A DNA stretch of 32,000 bases from Thermoproteus tenax Kra 1 (GTDB lineage Archaea > Thermoproteota > Thermoprotei > Thermoproteales > Thermoproteaceae): assembly GCF_000253055.1 (NCBI RefSeq), contig NC_016070.1:420001-452000 (forward strand), given 5' to 3'. The notes beneath the pieces were generated by a model, which was not told the origin of the DNA, did not search any database, and worked only from the letters and a program-made list of their open reading frames with translations. A program made the position numbers and the translations under genes. Of the stretch, positions 26,275 to 32,000 are shown piece by piece; positions within the stretch are counted from its first letter, which is position 1; the number at the start of each line of letters is the position of its first letter.

Positions 26275-27765
26275 TTACCCCAAGGCTGTAATATTGTAGA
26301 CCCTCAGCAGAGCCGCCGTGCTGTATCCAACGTAGGCCGGTTGGGCCGAGTAGAAACAGCCGTACCTCGCCAATATGTTCCCATAGACATCGCGCAGTAT
26401 TATATCGCCCCAGTCGTTGAGCGGCCTCAGCTCGACCCACGCGGACGCAGGGTAGTTGCCCAGATAGACCGAGGTTGAGCCACAGAGGGCATAGAAGTTA
26501 TCGCCCGATATGTTTACGCCGAAAATCGGCGTCAAGCTCTGGCTGAATACGGCGTAGGTGCCGGCCCCTGTGAAGTTGGATATATAGGTCAAGGCCCCCG
26601 ATATGAGGGATCTATAGAAGACCACATAGGGAGAGCCCTGAAGCACTAGGGCGCTACTGGTCTGAGCGGCCGACTGGCCGTAGACGCTCCAGTTTGAGGG
26701 CAGAGGGCACTGGGTCTCCGTCAAATTTACGTTCTTCCACTCGATTATGGTATTGCCGTTGGGCGAGTAGGTGACTAGGGCGAAGCCCACGATATACCCC
26801 GTCGAATACACCTGCGGTATACTGAGCGGAAGCCACTGTTTCTTTTTGTTTGTTATATTGAGATATATGGAAATGTAGGGAACACTGTAGCCATAGATAT
26901 ATTTGGAGAGGTTTGCAGGGCTTCTACCGTTCACTGAGTAGTAGTATATAACCTCTAGATACGGCTTTGGGTCGTTTGGACTGCTACTAATGAAGAAGTT
27001 GACTTGCAGATAGTCGTTGCCTGTAAGCGATGCTTGCAGATAGTAGTATACCGTGAAGCTGGAGCTGGCCGGTATAGGGCTACCCAGCCATTGGGTCACG
27101 TTGACGAAGCCTGCCGCCCATCCGTTCTTGCCGTCGGTATACAATATCCCGCTTGTGACATTTGCCTCCGATTTGCCCGTTGTAATAAGGTAGAGCCACG
27201 GGCTGGAGCTGTTGAATGAAGAAATGGAGTATGAGGGGCACGTGAAGACGTAGCTGTACAAGCGCGACATCGGCAACGCCGTGAAGTTCACCAACTGGAC
27301 AGCGCTGATCCCGCCGTTTTGGAACACGGCTTGGGCGAGCACTGAGTACCTCTGCGAGGAGATCGATGTCCATGTCACCGTGGCTGGAGTCGGCACAGGC
27401 GGGCCGGAGCTCTGGTAGCTAGAGATCTCGACCGAGCCGTCCAGCGATATGGCGTAGTTAGCTGTCCCTATCTGGGACAGTCTCTGGAGGCTGGCCGACC
27501 AGCCGGTGAACTTGGGCACAAAGACGCCGACCTCATAGTACTCCGGCCAGCCGGGAACAAATTTCATTATATAGTAAGTCACATTGTAGCCGCCGGCCGG
27601 CGCCCAGTAGGCCCTCGCCAGAGGATATAGGGAAAGGTTCCCGTCCTTCATGACCGGGGGGAGCGTCGCGTTTATGGAGTACTGGGTCTCGTTGAAGAAA
27701 GCCAGAGAGGCGAAGACGGCCGTTATAGCTAAGGCAAAGAACGCTGCCAGAGCTAGAGCCCTCAC
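26275..27765 (-). CDS. Large secreted, heavily sequon-decorated beta-rich protein of unknown function (operon gene 6; shares its N-terminal segment with gene 1)
   Basis: The signal peptide MRALALAAFFALAITAVFASLA is followed by FFNETQYSINATLPPVMK. I counted about 15 N-x-S/T sequons by hand. The composition is Tyr/Ser/Asn-rich and there is no TM after the signal. The ATG lies 2 nt after the upstream stop. Confidence 0.8.
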   Translation of the reverse strand: MRALALAAFFALAITAVFASLAFFNETQYSINATLPPVMKDGNLSLYPLARAYWAPAGGYNVTYYIMKFVPGWPEYYEVGVFVPKFTGWSASLQRLSQIGTANYAISLDGSVEISSYQSSGPPVPTPATVTWTSISSQRYSVLAQAVFQNGGISAVQLVNFTALPMSRLYSYVFTCPSYSISSFNSSSPWLYLITTGKSEANVTSGILYTDGKNGWAAGFVNVTQWLGSPIPASSSFTVYYYLQASLTGNDYLQVNFFISSSPNDPKPYLEVIYYYSVNGRSPANLSKYIYGYSVPYISIYLNITNKKKQWLPLSIPQVYSTGYIVGFALVTYSPNGNTIIEWKNVNLTETQCPLPSNWSVYGQSAAQTSSALVLQGSPYVVFYRSLISGALTYISNFTGAGTYAVFSQSLTPIFGVNISGDNFYALCGSTSVYLGNYPASAWVELRPLNDWGDIILRDVYGNILARYGCFYSAQPAYVGYSTAALLRVYNITALG

Positions 27766-27767
27766 GG

Positions 27768-28481
27768 CTAAGACGCCATCAGATCGAGCTTCTCTCTATC
27801 CTCTAGGGAGAGCGATGAAGGATCCACCGATGAGAGGATCACTTCAGCCGCGGCGCGCGCGTTGACGAAGTAGTAAGTGAAGGGGCCCACCTTGATAGAC
27901 TTCAGCTTACCCTCGCGCTCTAGCACATAGACGTGCCACTGCACAGCGCCCCAGCTCTTCCCCACCGCCTTGGCTATCTGCGAGAGCGTCGCAGCGCCCA
28001 TTTTCTCTACCGCCGCTATGATCTGCCTCCTGATGGGGTCGTCGGCAACAGCTCTTTTGACCCTCCCGATCGCGGGCAACCCCAGCGCTCCCAATGCGCC
28101 GAGCTTCTTGGCCAGAGGCCCCAACGCCACTGTTATCCACTCCCTCCTGTTAGTGGCCACATAGCTGGCGGCCCCCGCGGTCGAGGCTACGGCGAGGGCC
28201 ACGACAGCCGGGGGCAGGCCACCGGGCGCCGGGGGCGGAGGCGGCGGAGGACTTCCTTCAACTAAGACGTAGCCCCTGACTTCAACTGTCCTGTTGGTGG
28301 GGTTTTTACAGATGATAACCGCCGAGCCGGACGCAACGAAGGGGACGTTTGGCGTACAGTACGGCGGCAGATGCGGCGTTACTGTATAGTTACCGTAGGG
28401 TAGCGCTAAGTTTATGGGATACACGGTGAAAGGCAAGAGCATCACAGCAACAGTTATATTGAACACATAAAAGTTGAACAA
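27768..28481 (-). CDS. Membrane-tethered winged-helix (ArsR/MarR-like wHTH) protein with an extracellular N-terminal domain and a poly-Pro stalk (operon gene 5)
   Basis: From N to C: a hydrophobic N-terminus; a roughly 50-aa Cys-containing segment with sequons; PPPPPPPAPGGLPP (P-run encoded at 28230-28250); the TM AVVALAVASTAGAASYVA followed by NRRE (positive-inside). The C-terminal part reads DDPIRRQIIAAVEKMGAATLSQIAKAVGKSWGAVQWHVYVLEREGKLKSIKVGPFTYYFVN, a classic wHTH pattern. The start is TTG 28481 or ATG 28442. Confidence 0.75.
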   Translation of the reverse strand: MFNFYVFNITVAVMLLPFTVYPINLALPYGNYTVTPHLPPYCTPNVPFVASGSAVIICKNPTNRTVEVRGYVLVEGSPPPPPPPAPGGLPPAVVALAVASTAGAASYVATNRREWITVALGPLAKKLGALGALGLPAIGRVKRAVADDPIRRQIIAAVEKMGAATLSQIAKAVGKSWGAVQWHVYVLEREGKLKSIKVGPFTYYFVNARAAAEVILSSVDPSSLSLEDREKLDLMAS

Positions 28482-28506
28482 GATAGATATAAATTTTGCG
28501 TAGAAG

Positions 28507-28857
28507 TCAGAAGATGAAGGGGTCTGGAAGCCCCAAGAGCTTGGCCAACCCCAATAGAGCTGTAAGGTAGAGCCAAGCGGCTGCTGCGAAGACGTATGCG
28601 GGCCACCACCGCTTATACATGCCCCACCAACTGAAGCCTATGGAGAGGGCCAAGAGGAACAACGAGAGGAGGTAAGTGAAACGCAGATGGAAGAGGGGCC
28701 AGAGCTGGGCCAATACCCCGAGCGCAAAGCCGGCGACGAACGAGGCTATTAGGCCTGCTCCTCTGATGTAGTCGATCTGAGCGCCGAAATAGAGCGCGAC
28801 AAGTGCCGGGAGCAGAGCCGTGAACCCACCGGCTAGAGCGGCCAAAAGGGGGTCCAT
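28507..28857 (-). CDS. Small integral membrane protein, about 4 TM (operon gene 4)
   Basis: I read four hydrophobic helices by eye. ATG 28857 overlaps the upstream stop by 1 nt (TGATG). The longer track ORF starts at 28905. Confidence 0.65.
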   Translation of the reverse strand: MDPLLAALAGGFTALLPALVALYFGAQIDYIRGAGLIASFVAGFALGVLAQLWPLFHLRFTYLLSLFLLALSIGFSWWGMYKRWWPAYVFAAAAWLYLTALLGLAKLLGLPDPFIF

Positions 28858-29258
28858 CAGAAGAGCCAGAGCGTGTAGGAATTTAACAACTGCGCCGCCG
28901 TCCACAGAACGAAGAGGTAGACGAAGGGAGCACAGGCGATCAGGGCTAGGTCCAGATCTCGTCTCGAGGGCTTCAGCGCTATGGTCACCACCAACAGTTG
29001 GCTCGCCACTGTAAGCGCCAGCGCTATAAGGGCCGAGAGTCTCTCGTACACTTGAGGCGCGCCCGATGCTATCATGAGGGCGTCGTAGACGTTGCCCGCG
29101 GTGGAGGCCACGATGAAGAAGAGGACGGACGCCCTCTCCTGAAAGAGGGCCTTGGGATCTGCCCCCTCGTGTGAGGCCACTATCTGCTCCATCCAGAGTC
29201 TGGCGACTCCCAACGCCATCCCGAAGACGGCGCCTGCCAAGAGAGGCGTCAGCTCCAT
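28857..29258 (-). CDS. Small integral membrane protein, about 4 TM (operon gene 3)
   Basis: The 133-aa ORF has four hydrophobic segments. Its start overlaps the upstream gene end by 10 nt. Confidence 0.65.
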   Translation of the reverse strand: MELTPLLAGAVFGMALGVARLWMEQIVASHEGADPKALFQERASVLFFIVASTAGNVYDALMIASGAPQVYERLSALIALALTVASQLLVVTIALKPSRRDLDLALIACAPFVYLFVLWTAAQLLNSYTLWLF

Positions 29259-30499
29259 GGCTTCAACGTCTCTACAGAGACCGAGAGGACGCTAGGTGGA
29301 CCGCCCCATCTGCCGGTGGCGTCGGCCACTATAACGAAGGGGCCCACATAGCCCGCAGGTAGGCCGAACGGCAGAGGCGAGTCACGGGCGTAGGGCTGGA
29401 GTGGGCCAAAGTAGTAGTACGTCGTGCCGTTATAGCGGAAGAGCCACGCGTTGCCGGATTTGCCCGCCGGCGGCTGGGAGCCGAAGAGGACGAGGTCGGT
29501 CGACAGGAGAGGCGACTGAGTAAACTCCGCGTAATAATAGATCAGATACATGTCCACCGGCGTGTTCACCGTATAGAGGTAGTATCTGCTGACTGCCGTA
29601 GTCCCGTTGGCGGTCGATATAGCCGCTATAGCTCCTCGCTCGCTCCAACCCTCTTTCCACTCCGGAGTCGACAGCACGTAGCCGTAGTTCTCTGGGACTC
29701 CCACGATGCCTATGTCGTTCTGGGCTGCAGCTGACGAGGCGTCTAGAGGTTCGGCAGCTGTATAGGTGGGGGGAATACACGGCGCCGGATAGATGTAGAG
29801 CGTTGTAGGCCCCGACATGTTCACTAGGAATGTGTACCTCTCCACGGGCCCTCCAGGGTGCGGAAGTAGGGCCAGCTCTCCGCCCAAAACGAGCCCCTCC
29901 CTCAACGGAGCGTAGTCGATTACCTGCACAGTCGCCAGGGCGCCGGCCTGCTCGACCACACAGCCTGGGAATGGCAGTCTGCCGATAGGGATCGACCAGG
30001 CGTACAGCTCGCCGCTCTCCCCGATCTGCAGTAGCTGCCAGCCTGTGCCGTTCAGCTTGAGGACTACCCTCTGTGACACATCGGGATACCAGTCGATCTC
30101 CTTGACTTTGACCCACACAGTCTGGAGCCAGCGCATATAGGTAAAATTGACATAGCAAGTCCCTTGGAAGGCCGGCGGCACGACGAGGTTCAAAGTATAC
30201 GTCCCGGGGCCCGATAAATAGGGCGGTATACCCAGGGAACAGTTCGTCGCTATATACATATAGGGCCCGTTGACCGCAATCGAGAGGGCGTCTGGGTAGC
30301 TCCACGAGCCGTACGGCGAGCTGTACAAGTAGAGCGTCCCATCTCTGATCGCCATGCCGGCGCCCGCGACGTTCAAGCTAACGGAGGCTGGCTCAGTCGC
30401 CTTGAACATGCTCCCTCCAGTGGAGGGGGCGGCTATGTAGATGGAGAAGACTAAGAGGGGGAAGAAGGTGATAAAAAAGGCCTTTAGTTTAGCCCTCAC
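29249..30499 (-). CDS. Secreted beta-rich protein of unknown function (operon gene 2)
   Basis: The N-terminal signal/anchor is MRAKLKAFFITFFPLLVFSIYIAA. I counted about 6 sequons. The composition is Tyr/Gly/Pro-rich and there is no further TM. The GTG start overlaps the stop of gene 1. Confidence 0.75.
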   Translation of the reverse strand: MRAKLKAFFITFFPLLVFSIYIAAPSTGGSMFKATEPASVSLNVAGAGMAIRDGTLYLYSSPYGSWSYPDALSIAVNGPYMYIATNCSLGIPPYLSGPGTYTLNLVVPPAFQGTCYVNFTYMRWLQTVWVKVKEIDWYPDVSQRVVLKLNGTGWQLLQIGESGELYAWSIPIGRLPFPGCVVEQAGALATVQVIDYAPLREGLVLGGELALLPHPGGPVERYTFLVNMSGPTTLYIYPAPCIPPTYTAAEPLDASSAAAQNDIGIVGVPENYGYVLSTPEWKEGWSERGAIAAISTANGTTAVSRYYLYTVNTPVDMYLIYYYAEFTQSPLLSTDLVLFGSQPPAGKSGNAWLFRYNGTTYYYFGPLQPYARDSPLPFGLPAGYVGPFVIVADATGRWGGPPSVLSVSVETLKPWS

Positions 30500-31071
30500 T
30501 GAGGCGACATCACTATGTTGATCTGGTAAGTGGCCAATACGGTGTTACCGTTGGCGTACGTAGCGGGCAGAGTTGGATCTACGTCTATATATGCGCCGAG
30601 CGTGATACACTGGCCATAGCCGATAGTGCCCAAGTTGGCCGTGCTCTGGACTACGCTGGTGCCTTTGAACTCGACGTACTGTTGAGGATTGGCGCTGTTG
30701 TACACCCTGAAGTCGTCCACATAGCTCTCAAGGCCGGTCGAGCCAACTGTGCCGACGGCTTGTAGAGTAACTTGTATATTGCCCTGGTAGTACTTGTTGC
30801 AGATCAACAACAAGTTGCTGTAGTTCGTGGGATCGCCCGTGAAGCCTATGATGGATATCCTGGTTATGTTTACGCCGTTGCTGTAGTAGTAGCTCACTTT
30901 GGCGAACTGTCCATTGGCGGTTTGTGTGTCCAATCCAGGGTACTTCATGGCGGGAGGCAGAGTGGCGTTTATGACCCAATAGGATACATTAGTGAACGTT
31001 ATCGTCGCCATCGTCAACGCGGCCAGTCCCAGTGCAGCCAGCGCCAGTAGGCCCAGCTTTCCCTTTTCCAT
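30496..31071 (-). CDS. Small secreted beta-rich protein, candidate major subunit of a surface structure (operon gene 1)
   Basis: The signal peptide MEKGKLGLLALAALGLAALTMA is followed by TITFTNVSYWVINATLPPAMK. The mature protein is about 170 aa with alternating beta-like sequence, 2 Cys and 4 sequons. The track start is 31092, but the TATA-like aatatatat abuts it, so ATG 31071 (leaderless) is more likely. Confidence 0.75.
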   Translation of the reverse strand: MEKGKLGLLALAALGLAALTMATITFTNVSYWVINATLPPAMKYPGLDTQTANGQFAKVSYYYSNGVNITRISIIGFTGDPTNYSNLLLICNKYYQGNIQVTLQAVGTVGSTGLESYVDDFRVYNSANPQQYVEFKGTSVVQSTANLGTIGYGQCITLGAYIDVDPTLPATYANGNTVLATYQINIVMSPQ

Positions 31072-31092
31072 GTCCTTCCGCAAGAAGCCCAT

Positions 31093-31101
31093 ATATATTC
31101 T
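31093..31101 (-). promoter_or_regulatory. TATA-like box for the six-gene operon
   Basis: The minus strand reads aatatatat, about 25 nt upstream of ATG 31071. It lies in the 100-bp gap after the moeA stop. Confidence 0.4.
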
Positions 31102-31193
31102 TTACGTACCGCTTTTCGGCCGAGCCCCGACTGCTCGTCTGCCCGCAACAGAGGTACAGTCGATCCATACAGCGATGCAGCCGTAGGCGCCGG

Positions 31194-32000
31194 CTATTCC
31201 TCCACTGGCCTCAACAGCTGCACCTCGACCTCCTCCCCCTCGTCGTAGCCCTCTCTATTCTCGGGGACTATTAGGAGTCCGTTCCCTCTGGTCAATGTGG
31301 ACAACACGCCGCTTCCGGTCACAGCCAGAGGCTCAATATACGTCCTGTCCCCGGCCCTATACACGCGGACTCTGGCGTACGTCCTCACGTTTATAGGGGT
31401 GGTCACGCGCCGGGTCAGAACTCCTCTCACAGTGGGGACTGGGTCGGGCCTCCCGCCCACCATTTTGAGGAGCGCAGGCCTTGCGAAGATCTCGAAGCCC
31501 ACTACGGCGGCCACGGGGAAGCCCGAGAGCACCACGACGGGCCTCCCGCGGACTACGGCGGCTCCGTTGGGTCTGCCGGGCCTCGCGGCTATCCCCCTCA
31601 CGTAGAACTCGGCGAGCGCCGAGACGGCCTTGTGCGTTGCATCCGGGTCCCCCACCGAGGCTCCCCCAGTGGTTAAGACTATGTCGTACGTCGAGATAGC
31701 CCTCTCTAGGGCCGACTCGATGGCCTCCACGTCGTCGGGCAGTAGGCCGAGGTATGCCGGCTCTGCCCCCGCCTCCTTCAACAGGCCCCATAGAGCGAAG
31801 CGCGTTGAGTTTATCACTTTGCCAGGCCTGGGCCCTTCCTCCACCTCGACCAGCTCGTCCCCAGTGGACAATATGGCGGCTCTGACCTCGTACACGGGCA
31901 CCCGCGATATGCCGACAGACGCCAACACTCCCAAGTCCCATGGCCTCAGCCTGGTCCCGGCCCTCAATATGCGCTCCCCCCTCGCCACGTCCTCGCCCCT
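31194..32000 (-). CDS. moeA: Molybdopterin molybdenumtransferase MoeA (3' part; the gene continues beyond the right window edge)
   Basis: MoeA motifs are present: STGDELV, PGKVINS, and LTTGGASVGDPD. The frame stays open upstream of the GTG at 31988 to position 32000 (RGEDVARGERIL...), so the N-terminal domain is off-window. Confidence 0.88.
   Translation of the reverse strand, partial: RGEDVARGERILRAGTRLRPWDLGVLASVGISRVPVYEVRAAILSTGDELVEVEEGPRPGKVINSTRFALWGLLKEAGAEPAYLGLLPDDVEAIESALERAISTYDIVLTTGGASVGDPDATHKAVSALAEFYVRGIAARPGRPNGAAVVRGRPVVVLSGFPVAAVVGFEIFARPALLKMVGGRPDPVPTVRGVLTRRVTTPINVRTYARVRVYRAGDRTYIEPLAVTGSGVLSTLTRGNGLLIVPENREGYDEGEEVEVQLLRPVEE

Noticed and set aside
26226-26275. GAGGAGGAAGCCCC followed by a hairpin and ACAAGCGACAAACGG, superficially like RNase P RNA CR-I/P3/CR-V
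   Set aside because: There is no complementary 3' strand to form P4 (GGGGCUUCC is absent downstream). The segment also runs into the stop of the neighbouring CDS. I treat it as a chance resemblance.
29430-30305. 291-aa minus-strand alternate frame inside operon gene 2
   Set aside because: The translation is Arg-rich and lacks a signal peptide or any pattern. The 416-aa frame has a signal peptide and start/stop coupling to its neighbours.
31297-31941. ORFs 31297-31605 (+), 31357-31941 (-) and 31481-31699 (+) over moeA
   Set aside because: These are shadow frames. The MoeA motifs (TTGGASVGD, PGKVINS) define the real frame.
1-32000. Search for CRISPR arrays, IS elements or transposases, integrases, tRNA/rRNA genes and island-flanking direct repeats (including around the 26275-31092 operon)
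   Set aside because: I saw no regularly spaced repeats, no transposase- or integrase-like ORFs, no tRNA-like T-arm consensus in the intergenic regions, and no shared sequence between the operon flanks (26000-26274 vs 31093-31193). The operon therefore does not look like a recently integrated element, although only a by-eye scan was possible.

Overview
This window reads as a GC-rich crenarchaeal chromosome segment. My inference is Thermoproteales (Thermoproteus/Pyrobaculum-like), based on archaeal EF-2 with the diphthamide-His motif, an archaeal short TIM, a Flp-encapsulin fusion, and AT-rich TATA-like boxes about 20-30 nt upstream of most start codons (leaderless style). Most of the window is tightly packed housekeeping DNA: a KaiC/RecA-like ATPase, CoaBC, a small zinc-ribbon protein, aEF-2, a ferritin-like/encapsulin fusion, a structured GC-rich non-coding locus I read as SRP (7S) RNA, and homoserine kinase. 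These are followed by a PAC2 proteasome-chaperone-like protein, a five-gene LIV-type branched-chain amino acid ABC transporter, an HtrA-like protease, an aldo/keto reductase, a lone HypE, a ZnuABC-like metal transporter, aconitase, TIM, NAPRTase, citrate synthase and a partial MoeA. I saw no CRISPR array, transposase, integrase or tRNA. The stretch I cannot assign to any family I recognise is a six-gene minus-strand operon at 26275-31092. It encodes three signal-peptide-bearing, beta-rich, sequon-rich secreted proteins, two of which share a near-identical 18-residue segment right after the predicted signal-peptidase site. It also encodes two small 4-TM proteins and a membrane-tethered winged-helix regulator with an extracellular domain and a poly-proline stalk. 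I propose it as a candidate uncharacterised, ATPase-independent surface filament or adhesion module, possibly related to TasA / archaeal bundling pili. Secondary observations: the helix-8 motif sits oddly early in the putative SRP RNA (possible permuted gene); a frameshifted and truncated YdjI-like SPFH pseudogene; a C16 homopolymer; and an unexplained 275-bp GC-rich convergent spacer. All functional calls come from reading the translated ORFs and motifs by eye; no searches were run.
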